A stretch of DNA of 63,345 bases, the filler included, from Asterionella formosa (taxonomy: Eukaryota), in NCBI GenBank assembly GCA_002256025.1. It is 10 parts of 10 records of this genome, joined end to end, with 100 filler letters (N's around TTAATTAATTAA, not from the genome) between each part and the next. Parts side by side here need not be neighbours in the genome. Positions count along the whole stretch, not along the records: positions 1 to 25,141 come from NKIB01002069.1; 9 more parts are not named here. The stretch is one strand, 5' to 3'. The notes under the pieces were generated by a model. The model saw only the letters and a program-made list of their open reading frames with translations. It did not search any database and was not told the DNA's origin. Positions within the stretch are counted from its first letter, which is position 1, and each line of letters opens with the position of its first letter. Below, piece after piece: positions 1 to 12,080 of the stretch. Made by a program: the position numbers and the translations under genes.

Positions 1-701
1 ACGGTGGTGAAGTTGGTTTGCTCGCAGTGTTGGATTATCAAAAAAGGTCCGATGTCTTGTACTCCCCTCTAAGTAAAATCAGTCGTGGCTGTGTACATTG
101 AGGGGTACGAGACACCAGGTTTTACGGTAGCTAGCTCCCACTGGACTACCGCTATCATGTATGATCGGTAGAAACCGGACGTGTTGTTCTGGATCCGCGT
201 TCTGATCCTTGTTGCACCTTGCTTCGTTTTCGTCTCGGCTTCGACTGGTACCGGTAGATCTTTAGGTACATCACAACCTATCACTTCTGTGTGCATTGCT
301 GTTTCAATTGCATGGCACCACCCCGTCAGAGCAAGGTAAGCTGCTTCTGAAGTGATACAAGCCTGATGGTTGAGCATTGAGAGCGAGACAGCGACGCCGC
401 CACGATGACTCGTGTTACTTCGGAACAGAATGCGACGAGTACGGTGTAACATACGGGTGTGAAACGTACACCGCCTTGATGGTTACCGGTGAAAACGGAT
501 TCAAGCAGCACTCGGCCCTTATCTAGTGTCCAGTTTTATTGCGAAGACTACTATTGAACCTCTGATTGCGATCCATGATCAAACACAATTATACCCTGCA
601 CTAACAAGATGGCTCGTGCGTATCACAACGACTCCCTGCAACCTGCTTGCAAACGACAGCGAAGACAAGGTGCAGCTCTAGTAGTGCAATCGTTCTTCGA
701 T

Positions 702-2378
702 ATGGGTAAGAAGAGTACTGCGCAGCCTCGGCCGAAGCTTCACGTTCCTCCCAGAGGAATTGGGCCAGTTCAGGACCTAAATAGAAACGATGTCTTGTGC
801 GGCAGAGGGGGGAGAATCAACGCACATGAAGGGAACGTGCAGTTCCGCGACATCATCGCTGCTAACAAGAAGCACTACCTTGCCAAGACCACCAAAAAGC
901 TCGAAAAAGCTCATATTGCAGCTGCACTAGTAGAACTGATCCGCGGTATGAATCCTCCTGGCCGGTTCTTGAAGGAAGATGCTGACTCTGGCCTATGGTT
1001 TGACATTGGTGATGCCAAGGCTATCAAAAAGGCCGGCCAAGCCCTCCGCGAAGATGCGCCCGACATTCGTGACGGAGACTCGGACGACGAGGAATCGCCA
1101 ACGAAGGCTGTTGGATCAAAGTCCAAATCCAAATCTCCTACTCGAGCTGTTGATACACCGAAGCCGGACAACAGAGGTAGTCGTGACTGTCCGCCTGCTG
1201 GTTTTCCTGTTGCTGCACGTGGTCAAGTTCGACCTAGTACGTCCCAGTCTGCCATGCCGCAGTTTGTCGAATCTGCCAGTGCTTACGCTGTGCCCAGTTC
1301 CGTGCCATATCCACCTCAGCACGAAACATATGGTACTCCATACGGGGTACCGCCACCACCACAACAACGACAGCAATTGAAAGCGAATCAGCCCTCAGCA
1401 CTTTACAATGTTCCTCGTCAGCTTTGTCAAGGTGTCACGAAAGGAGTAGGAAACGTATCCAAGAAAGCTCTAGAGGCCCTTAACGCAGGTCATCATCCAC
1501 AAACCCACGGATATCCCTTGGAACACGAGGACCAGGCCTTTGGACGCCATTTCACGCCGACACTTTTATCATCTGGATCCGATGCCATGTCGACTCTCTC
1601 GGGTCTTAGTGGTATTTCCCAAGCAGATGGTCAGTTTTACAACAAGTCGGAAATATCTGCCCTGTCCATGGGAAGTCACTACTCTGGTCGTCAAGGATCA
1701 GCCCACAATGGAGGCGCTGCTCCATCTGGACCTGGGAATCAGCCTTCGGGACGAGATAGTTTTCGGGTGAGTCAGCTTCGACTCAGTGGTGTTTCCGATT
1801 TGACCTACTCGTTTAGGAATATGAGTGGGATGACAAGGTCACGGAGTTTCGGAGAATATAGTTCCCGCGGTTCTAGTGTTGGAAGTATTATTCGAGAGGA
1901 TATGCCCATGAGCGATGCTTCCCTGGTAGCGCTATTAAAGGAAGATGTTGAAGTTGGTGCCATGGGAGGCGAACACGAGGCCGTATGGGACGCAACTGGG
2001 AAGGCTACTCCTGTTGTAACCAATCCTCACTCTTCGGGTACTTCAAGCAACTCAAAAGGTTCCCATGGAAGTGGTGGTGGGGCAACTCGAAATCGAGTAT
2101 TTTCAACTAGTGCCATGTCCATTACTTCTATGGGTTCGGGAATGTCGGATGCATCGTGGTTGATGCCAAATAGAAAGCTTGTTGGGAGCATAGCAAGCGA
2201 AAATAATCCCTGGGGTGATGATCAGTAAGTTTTGCAAAACGTTTTTTATGTTTCTGTTTTGCCAGTGTTGGCTAACTAATACTTGCCGGATAGGTCGCAA
2301 ATGTCTGATAAGTCTGATTTCTCCTACACTTTGATGGCGTTGGATCTTTCTCCCGGGTACTCGCTCACTCAACGGTAA
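702..2378 (+). CDS. DUF6824-domain protein (two exons: 702-2224, 2294-2378)
   Basis: Motif DVLCGRGGRINAHEGNVQFR...GRFLK...WFDIGDAKAIKKAGQALRE is typical of diatom DUF6824. The ORF-track stop overlaps a GTAAGT donor at 2225, with branch GCTAAC ~2271 and acceptor TAG 2291-2293. Splicing adds QSQMSDKSDFSYTLMALDLSPGYSLTQR*. An in-frame upstream ATG at 609 is also possible. Confidence 0.85.
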
Positions 2379-2518
2379 TGTAGCTGGTATTTGTTATCTG
2401 AAAGTTTTGACAATTATGGTTATTTTATTTAGGTCAATCCTTTTCAGTTTTACAACAATTCAGCTGATAGTCACTCCAAACCCAGAGAAGTAATTGTGCT
2501 TCGTTAAATGATTGAATT

Positions 2519-3824
2519 CTAACGTGGTCGTGAGAAACCAGTGGAAAATTGAGGCACCCCACTTGCATTGAAGGACGATGAAGTGAACGAGCTGCGAGGT
2601 GAAGCTGCTTGCTGTTGACTGGACCCTCCCCCAAATACAGAAGTCGGTGTGCCACTTATTCGACGGCGTTTATTAATGTGACCCCCTTGTCGAGACTGAG
2701 CTGTGAAAACATAGTTAGAGTTAGATGTCAAGTGGCGAAGTGGACCCTGTCCTGAACCATTGCTGGTGCTTGTTGACAAAGTGTGGTGGCCAAGTTGGAT
2801 GGGAGTGACGTGCGTTTGGTGGTTATTGTTGAGAGACAGGCTGCGTTGAAGGTGGCCGATGGGCTGACCATGATTATTGTTCATTTCCGATTGTGGTCTT
2901 GACTGACCAAGAATGCGTTGAATTGAATAGGGATTATGTTGATCACGCTCCTTAGCAGCCTTCTGTGCAGCGTACTGCTGCATTGGTGGCAACTGCTGTT
3001 CCTGTCGATGACCGCTTAAACGAATGTCAGCAATGTCAGATGACCGTCCATGGGAACGAGGAGAAGAAATTCTCGCTTCCAATTGCTTCACTGAAAGTTG
3101 AAGCTGGTTATTGGCAGCGTCTCGTGACTTGAGTCTGTTTTGAAGGTCGGCGATTGTGCGTTCAGCCTGCAGTCTAACATTTGAAAGTTCCTGTTTGGTA
3201 GTCATGTAAGTGTCCTTGAGAGCTTGGTAGGCTTGGGATATATTTCCACTTTTGTGCGCGCTTTTCGAATTATCATTGAGAACCTGCTTCAACAAGAATT
3301 TGGTGCTCTTCCTGTGGTCATCAATTTGTTGCATTATGCCAGAGCATAGGTCTGCATAGCTCAAACTAGTTCCTCCCGCACGTCTCATGAATAAGTTTTG
3401 AAGAGTTGCTTTCTGTTGTTCTTGCTTGTTCAATGGATGGGCGATGACTAGCTCCGTAAAGTCATTTTCACTGAGAGTAGCGCGGCATGTGGGGCAATTG
3501 GAACTAGTCTGAAAGTGAGCGTACGTGCAATCTTGAGGAAAGAATTCACGAGATGGAAGGTGTTAGTCAGATTTCAAAAAAAATGACGACAAAAGGTAAC
3601 CGAAGAGGCGAAACATGCTCTACCCCACAAGATAAATGTATTGATCGTATGGCATTGAATATTTTCAAATCAGATGGGTGCATTTGAGATTTTCTAGAGC
3701 ATACTTTGATTATAATTGCGGTGGAATTCATCATGCTTGACCCACCTTCACAGAAAACACAGTCGCAGGATGTGAGGAAGCAGGTCGTGGTAACTGGCTT
3801 GTCACACTTGTTACAATGGACCAT
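2519..3824 (-). CDS. N-terminal RING + coiled-coil + disordered tail protein, Zip3/RNF212/HEI10-like (intron 3532-3745)
   Basis: Exon 1 MVHCNKCDKPVTTTCFLTSCDCVFCE splices (GT at 3745, AG at 3532, CTAAC branch ~3565) to DCTYAHFQTSSNCPTCRATLS, completing a RING. A coiled coil and S/Q/H-rich tail follow. Alternative ATG at 3890. Confidence 0.7.
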
Positions 3825-4714
3825 AGCACGAGACGACGATCTGACCGAAGGTGTTCCAGGTTTGGCGCTTCGCTGCATTGAGCTTGCCATGGTTCGATCA
3901 GGAGAACAATTTATTGCGGCAATGGTCGTACAAAACGCCACACTTGGTTACCGGTAGGGAAGAACATAAGAGTATCTTTTATACTCCACCTTTATGTATG
4001 AGGTTCGATTTGGTGTTTATTATGATTTTTCATGCCGACACGACTCATTCGAATGGCGACTCTTATAGTACCAGGTACCTGGTAAATATTACGGAGTCCC
4101 TCATACCTCAGTTACCCACTACCGGTACCAGGTACCTGGTACTGGTAAATGGCTCTACTCCATCAGTTAACTTAGCCACTACCAGGTACCGTACTGGTAA
4201 ATGGCTCTGAGGCACGTTTATTTATGTATTTTTTCATCTAATTCTAGATGTATGCTACAATCAATCCCCTCTTTCGCCCTTTTGCACAATATTAGTTAGT
4301 TCATTAAGCTACATGATATTAAGATCATTTTCATACTTGAACATTTATTAATTGAGATCTATCCATTTTAAAGGTGACAAAGCCAGTCAACGTGGGCAGC
4401 TCAAAGCCATTCAAAATTTTACCACACATGCAGTTATTTTTATGGGCGACCACGGTATGAAAATATTATTTCATTTGCAGGCTTTTTCACAGTAGTTGCA
4501 TCACTCTAAGACTGGTGGTTCTCCTATCATATCTTCTCTTTTCTTCGCAGGAGTTGCATCCTCATTCTTAGACTGGTGGTCCTCCCAGCCATCATGTGTT
4601 GTCGTGTAACAGGAGCAAAGGAAGAGTGAGGAAGTGGCGCTGTTACAGTTGCAACTCATACTACAGTGTCACCATTCAGCATGGAATCATGATATCTGGT
4701 AAGCAAAAGTTGCT

Positions 4715-5284
4715 TCATTGTTGGTAATAGAAGATCGCCTGCTTGCTTGTTGTAACACATCGCCATTGTTTTCGTTTGCGCCATGACTGTCCACTCTGCA
4801 GGCTGTTTTTTAGCGTTATGATTACGTAAAACCTTTTTGCAAGCGCCATGTGTGCATCTATTTTCTTATTATCTCGCTCACTCTGCACTTCTTCTACATG
4901 CCTCTTCATTTTCAGCTGGTCATTGACTACCTCAGGACCCAACAAGTACCTGCCTGCAACAACAAGAATACCGGCTGTGTATCGTGTTTTGTTTGCAACT
5001 GCCCTCAGTGCTATTTCTTTTCGTTGGTGGAAATTTTTGTCCAGATTTATTCCATGTATACTAGCGTTTTCATAATTGCGATACTGTATGTCGGTTTGTG
5101 CAATCGGATGTTCATAACCCCATGACATGGCTTTGATGTTTCCCTTTGTATGCCCATAAAGGGTGGCATCATTGTCGTCAGTTGCATGAATATAACTTTC
5201 ATTTTCACAAGTAAGTCCATCTTCATTATTGACTTCTTTTTCTTTCTCTTCGTTATTTCTCACACTTGCACTATCACTACTCAT
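4715..5284 (-). pseudogene. Degenerate ORF, possibly the C-terminal remnant of a DNA-transposon protein
   Basis: 189-aa ORF (RYTAGILVVAGRYLLGPEV followed by a charged helix) in an AT-rich, repeat-rich region. No catalytic motif is visible. Confidence 0.25.
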
Positions 5285-6302
5285 GAATGTATCTACTGGT
5301 TGGTAATTGCACTAGTGAATTAGTTGCCTTTCCGCCTGATTTAGCTTCTGCAAATGGTACTGGACCATAGGTTATGTTATCCAAGTCATTGTAGCCAGCA
5401 CCTTAGACGCAACAATATTTGTTGATTGTGCACCTTAAGGCAGTTTGGGTTAAACTGAAGAAGTGCGCATAAAACGTGCACTAATGGGCCTTTCAGGTAC
5501 CAGGTGGTACCAATGGGGGTACGACCAGGGTCCCTGGTACAAAGTTCTAGGTACCAGGGTACCTGGCAGGTGTACCGGAAGTAGTATAGAATAAAAAATA
5601 TTAGCTGAACCTGCATGCTGTGCGTGCTCTACCACCAGTAGTCGTTTGCCTTGCCTGTCGTGCAGGCAGGTTACAGAGGTCGCAGCCAAACATAAATAGA
5701 CAACCAAATATATACAACCAGTCGGTAATCCCAGCAGGTACAAAACTCTATAAAAGTTTTAAGTTATTTTAAATAAAAGTTTGCATGTTCAGGTGATTCA
5801 ATTGATGTTTTTATTCGACAGTTAAGGAATAAATCAATTTTTATTAAAAAGGTGAGATTTTAAGTATTAATTGTTAGAGAACAAAATTAAAAAAGGTGGA
5901 TTAATTAATAACATATTTATTGACAATTGTGTGATTTAACTCAAAAAGCAAAATAATCAAGTTGCAAGTAGAATAATTGGTCATAAATATTTGATATAGT
6001 ACGTAACTTTTTCTGTTGGACTTTTTTAAAATTTTTAATGACCTTTCATGAAAATTACCATAGAAATGTTATTAAGTTTGATTTTTTTAGTAAATTTGTT
6101 TACTGTTAATTTTTATAATCCCTAAAGTACTTAAAAATAATTGTAGATTTTTGCTCTTAAAAAGTCAAGTACTAAAGAATTATGTACAGCAATTTTAGCT
6201 TTAGAATAAATTACTTCCAAAAGAGGAAAAGTTTTGATTGTAAAAAAGGCGAAACTTTTCTTATCCTACTTTAAGCCAAACAACATCAGCAAACCTGCAT
6301 AA

Positions 6303-6397
6303 AGCAATATTTCGCTTAAACTAGACAAGCATAGTAATCCTTAATTCATATGTACTTCTTGGCTGCCTACATCACTGCAGAAGGAAAGTAATTTACC
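6303..6397 (+). repeat. Dispersed repeat, second copy at ~53470-53567
   Basis: Shared GCAATATTT..CTTAAAC..TAGACAAGCAT..TCCTTAATTCATATGTA..TCACT.CAGAAGGAAAG..ATTTACC. Confidence 0.75.
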
Positions 6398-6620
6398 GGA
6401 TGGTCTATCAGTTTGCTACATATATAGCATATCATTGAACCACACAGTTTGATAAAAAATTGGCATGGTTTGCTTGTACATGCACTCCTGCCGGCAAATG
6501 GCTGAGTAGACCAGTTTTCACATTCCAAACCTGTTTGTTCAATAGTTTCAGAGTGGCATCGATCAAGCCGGCTGTTGCGTTCCTATTCTGATTGAAAGAT
6601 TTCGTCCCAGCAAGATATGG

Positions 6621-7836
6621 CTGGATGCAAAGAATTTCAGAAACCCTAGTAGGTAGCCTTGTTGTGTAGGCCTGGTAACAAATGCAATCTTTTGTGTTTC
6701 AAACGTTTGCTGACAAAAAGGGCAATAAAAATCATTGTAAAAAGAATCCTAATCAGTCTTTTTTTCGTAGCTAAATTAAGATTGTTTCATCAGCATGCAA
6801 ATCGAGCAATGCGAAATGAGGGGTCGGTCGCTGTCATTTCGATTTTCAACTTCTTCATCTCTTGTAGAATCTTGACCGATAAAGAAAGCTTTGGTCGGGA
6901 ATACTGCCAAGATCTGCCAAGAGATGAATAGGTCGAAAATCTCAGATCACGGCGATTTCATAATTTCGGAGATATATCACTCATATATTCTTACCTAGAC
7001 ACTGTTGTAGACTTTGCTCATCCTCTGATAACAACATTGTTAAGCTATTTCATAGGTTGAACAATGCAAGTTCATGCATCATAAAAATTACATCGTCGCA
7101 CATCACCTGAATCGTCGTCGTCATCTTCCCTTTCACCCTTTTCATCTAGTTTCTTGTCTTGTTTGATTCTACACAGAATCACACAGGTTGATTGTCGGGT
7201 TTAGGTACCTACTCGGATGGGAGGGAATGTTATTTACTATAGCTAGTATTTACAGCCCCTCATGTGGCAAACAAACCGAGACACCTCTTAACAGTAAGTG
7301 TCGACCAGCAGACTGTGTATTGTTGCACATCGTTGTCCACCAGAGACTCTACCCATTTTCACAACTTCTCGTATTTCTAGTAGAAGCATCAATAACGGTG
7401 ATATGAGGAATGGTTTGATTTGCAAGAAAACTGGTGCAATGAAAGGCAAAGAAAAATTACTTCCAGGCGGGAATTACCAACTGGACAAGGAAACAATTTG
7501 CGAAGGCTTGGTGCAAGCCTTCAATTAAAAAACTGATCAGCAGAGACAAGGGAAGCAACACATGGGTCATTCTATCTACAGATGTAGCAATGGATGAGAA
7601 GAAAACGCGATTCTCAGATAGTTTATTGGGAGAGATAGCTACTTTTTATTCGCCTATTGCAAGAAAATTATCTAGCAAACGGCTTACAGATCCATCAGAT
7701 CGTCAACGTGCCCCAATGGCGGTTGGAGAATTTGCATTATGTAACATTATGTAAATTGTATGTACCAGTAGGCATTACTACAAAATAGTTCTGGATGCAA
7801 ATTTCAGAACCCCCAGGTGCTTGTGTAGGCCTGGTA
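6621..7836 (+). repeat. Direct repeat pair of ~50 bp (6621-6677 and 7791-7836)
   Basis: CTGGATGCAAA..ATTTCAGAA.CCC..AGGT.GC.TTGTGTAGGCCTGGTA at both positions. Confidence 0.7.
6880..7053 (+). repeat. Dispersed degenerate coding-like repeat, second copy at ~58300-58481
   Basis: Shared CTGCCAAG....TGCCAAGAGATGAA....GTCGA.AATC......CGGCGATTTCAT.AT.TCGGAGAT...CACTCA.ATA. Confidence 0.75.
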
Positions 7837-8439
7837 TGCCAATATACCTTACCCCTTAAAAAATTTATTTCTCGCCTTTTTTGCTAAAAATCGCCAGTCA
7901 CCACAGTGCTCACATGTTAATGCCTTTCTCTAGTTGTCGTTGCGCTCAGCCCTTTCTAGCCCTGTATTCGCTTTGTAATTGTCCAAATGAATAAATAATT
8001 TAAATCCACAAGGGTCTGCCACACATAAGGTCAATCAAAAAATTTTGTCAGATTATTTGCTTACACACGTCAGGTTACGCATAGATAGAACTCATAAATA
8101 TTAGTTATCAAACTAATATCATGCTAACCAAATGCTTTGATATATTGATACATTGTTTGATTGATCAATAACTGTTGTTCTTTGATCAATTGTTGTTTTA
8201 GCGAAGGTTATGACTTTACACAGATCACCTTCTTACATATATGTAAACCTTGTACCCAACGATGCTATCAGAATGAATTCTGTGCAACAAGGGTGCGTTC
8301 CTTGTTGCCATTCCGATTTGAATGCTCTACCGGTAAATGCTTTGATCCAATTCTTGTACTGGTAGTATTCGTCAATATATCTCCATTCGCATATCAGTAA
8401 TCGAATTTCTTACAAGCCATGTGCGTTTGTTGAAAAATC

Positions 8440-8820
8440 CCTTACGAGCTACACGAGCTACCTTCTTGCGGGGATGACGATGATCTCAGTCTTATAACGA
8501 ATGATATGGTCTCGATATCGATGGGGAATTATGCTGGCGAAGTTTGATTGTTTGTTTGTTACTCGAAATCAAAAGCTTTGGTCAATTTATATGACAGAAT
8601 TGGAGAACGATGCATAGAAGGCCAAACCCGATTCCAATTCCAACCGAAATCAAGAAGATAGTACCTTTTGATCATAATTCGCCCATTGCGAACATCAATC
8701 CGTATTTCGAATCTGTTCTTCAAGATGGCTGAGATATGGATTAAAGTGAAGATGGACCAGATGGCGGCGCAGTTTGTTGCTCATGGCCTTAATCATGGGT
8801 CTTCCATTCTCATTGACTAG
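8440..8820 (+). pseudogene. Decayed copy of a small KOW-like-motif ORF family (paralogue at 31629-32111)
   Basis: Translates as DDDLSLITNDMVSISMGNYAGEV*...ALVNLYDR...IKKIVP...WIKVKMDQMAAQFVAHGLNHGSSIL, matching the 31.6-kb copy; contains stops and frameshifts. Confidence 0.65.
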
Positions 8821-10380
8821 CTATTGGCGAGCACATTTGTATCCTCCTGCAGAATTAGAGCCGCAACATCACTAATCAGGAAGTAGCTTCATTTCATTCA
8901 GGAAATAGTAGCATCACATGAACCTTGAATAGCAGGGGGTTTGAAATAAAAATTGTAACTTTGCTTAATAACATTGTACTATCCCATTGCTTCAAAAAAT
9001 CTCTTTATTGGCGACATCAGAGGCACTATATAGGATAGTCTAACCCCATTGCCATACATTTACTTTCCACAAAGTGACCGCTATTTTTAAATAGCTTATA
9101 TATACATAGTGTAGCTTGTCCCACACATATGTTCTCGCCACTCCGAAGATGTGTAAAATATTTATGAGGGTACCAGAACCATTATTCAATTAATAGCTGA
9201 TTCCAATTTCGTACAGCAACAATTGTTGTCGAAAGAGGAACAAGCTTCTGTGCACCATTACAGCCACATTTGAAAGCATGGCCAAAATTGGGAAACTTTT
9301 TTTCCTGACAAGCCAATGGAATTCGTCATAGCTACCTGTCATTCCAAATAAAGATCACCGACGTTGTGTATTCTCCGTTTATGCATTGACACAGGCGAGT
9401 GAAAACGAAATAGTTGATGCCAGTTCATCTTCTCCAAATACCATTCCAAGAAGTAAAGATTGTGTTGCTTGTATGCCCGTGGTAGATCTTGTTTCTACTT
9501 CCTCAGAGCGTCTAATTGAGTCTATCGAATCTGATAGACTTGATATAAAATCTCCCTCTTCCAAAGAAAAAGCAAAATGTAAATTAAAGGCAACTCCAGA
9601 CATGGTTGCCAATCCGGAAGAAGCAGTCCATGACTTGTCACCAAAGAGTTCCGAAATTGTAGGAGTGATTGGGAAAGTAAATTTAAAAAAACAGGTCGAG
9701 GAGCAAAGTGATTTGTCCCATTTATCTAGTAAGGAGTTCGAAATATTGAAACAAGACATGGTCGCCAGTCTGGATGTAGTTCATGGGTACATTTGGTGGC
9801 ATACTGTTGTCTTTCTGATGTTGTCTAAAATCTCGAGGAAAGTGAGCCTTCCATAAAAATCATTGCTGGTCCTATATGATTCCGAAATTTCCTTGAAGTT
9901 CCAAATGATGTTTTGTCAAACAAGCCAGACTCTAGGACCACATAGAATTTGTTGAGAACAAAATCGAGGACACTGTCATCTAGTCTCTTCTCCTTGCCTT
10001 TGTCATACTAATGATCAAAGTATCTAACCAGTAAGAGTCATTCCTTACTCTTCAGTTGTCTCTTGAACAGACATGAAATACGCTTTAGAAACTCTTTTTT
10101 CCTGATTAAAAAATCTGCGATCGGTATCCCCTTCACAACCAAAATCATTCCATTCCTTGTAGCACTCAGAACATTTGCCATTCCAGATAACAACTGATAT
10201 ATGGCACTATCGATAGCGTGCAAATGTCAAGTTGTCAAGAAAAATGTGACTGTAACAGAACAAGGAAGCAGAAAGGGATAATGGTCTGTCAACTATAGGA
10301 TTAGACAGTTGGCAAGTGCTGGATCGGAAGCAATGCATCACCGACATTATACTCAGTAATAGACATTAGATTGGTAGCGC

Positions 10381-10780
10381 AAAGCTACAGTTTCATAGTA
10401 CCAGCTTAGTAATAGGTACAGTTTCACTGTAGCCATGTCATGTTCCGACCGGGTATTGAGACAAGGGGAAGAAGGGAATGCTGGTAGGGCTTACGTACAG
10501 TTTCACAGTACCAGCGTAGTAATACGTACAGTTTCACTGTAGCCACGTCATGTTCCGACTGGCTGGGTATTGCTGAGACAAGGGGAAGAAGGGAATGCTG
10601 GTAGGGCGAACCTACAGTTTCACAGTACCAGCGTAGTAATACTAGGTACAGTTTCACAGTAGTAGCCACCACGTCATGTTCCGACCAGGTATTGAGACAA
10701 GGGGAAGAAGGGAATGCTGGTAGGGCGAACCTACAGGTTCACAGTACCAGCGTAGTAATAGGTACAGTTTCACAGTAGTA
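10381..10780. repeat. Tandem repeat, ~118-bp unit, ~3.5 copies
   Basis: GAGACAAGGGGAAGAAGGGAATGCTGGTAGGGC at 10458, 10575 and 10694. Its reverse complement is related to the array at 28583-29150. Confidence 0.9.
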
Positions 10781-12080
10781 CCGGGTATTCGAATTCCTGT
10801 TAAGAAGTCTTGTACATGATGGTAGGGTATTAAATGTTCCTTCGAAAAAGTTACCAGACATACAGAGATGTATGTTATACACACTTTTTGACGAAGAGGA
10901 AATTTTGAGATATTGTTAAAAAATTCATGCCGGTAATGCATTCTACTCCACATAACAAACTGATGAGGGAATGGTGATAGTTGATTGAACCTTCCCTTCC
11001 TACCCCTGGCTGGAACCACTCTGCAAAGGTAAGGAAAGGGACGAACATATTATATCAGCATCAACCAGGCAGATTCCTGCTTCGTGACAACCAAGAACAA
11101 ACATGCTGTTGCTTGTTGATTGCAAAGTGTCCCATTTGATTGCCTTTCTCATGAATTCCTTCTTTGTTTTTGCAAATTACAGGTTCAATTTACGTTCTTG
11201 AATTACAAAGTCCACAGGTAATTGAAATTCGACTTGCAATGCCAAGAAATGGACTGACATTGTTGGCTGTCAACAATCAGCAGCTGTGAATTCTGTAAAG
11301 GACGAGGTTGGCTGACCATCAATGACGTCAATGGATGCGGAAATTTCAAGGAATGCATTGCATATTATATTTGAATGATGGTTTGGTATTAGATTCTTTG
11401 CAGAGGTTTGTTTGTAAATCTGCGATTCCTTGTAACCTGTTACAGTTTAAATTTTCAGAAAGGTACTTGCATCATGGGAATACACAGGAACAAAATTCCC
11501 TGTTCCACGTCAATTTTACAACCCTAGCGACTTTTTCTTCAAACTAGGGTTAGGGCCCGCAACGACCATTGCAAGTTTATTCGCTCTAATGTCTAAATAC
11601 TAACTACCTGGTACCAATAATAAAAATGAATGTATTTGATTAAGCCGACCCTCAAGCAGAAAATAGTATGTTGTCTATGTAATCCGTCGTAAAATAAGCT
11701 GCTGGGCACTTGGGGTTCGATGCATTTGTTGTTGGACAAGTGTTTTCGCTGAAGTGCGAACTGTGATTTAACCCCCCTTTGCCCTCTTTTCTTCGAGAAA
11801 ATGAAAGCGCCTCGTCTGCGTGAGCGATGGCACAGCATACCGGTACCAGGTACTGGTTTAGTATATGCATACTGTGTATACATGCACTAAAGTACAATGG
11901 TAGATACAAATATTGGTTTTGTACAGGATTGGAAAAGGCAAGGATCGAAAATCGAAACCTTGCCCTGTTGTTCGTAGAATTATAAGGAAAGAACACGACC
12001 CAACCTCAGTCGAGTCATAGCTGAGACTGCAGTGCAAGTGACTCTTGCCTCTCGTCGCCTACTACAAATAAGGCCTCAAG

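Noticed and set aside
69..511. Short minus-strand ORFs at the window start
   Set aside because: No recognisable motif; probably upstream region of the DUF6824 gene.
9386..9856. 156-aa ORF
   Set aside because: Non-ATG start, no motif, and lies in decayed repeat-rich DNA.
11544..11556. TAGGGTTAGGG telomere-like motif
   Set aside because: Only about two units at an internal position.
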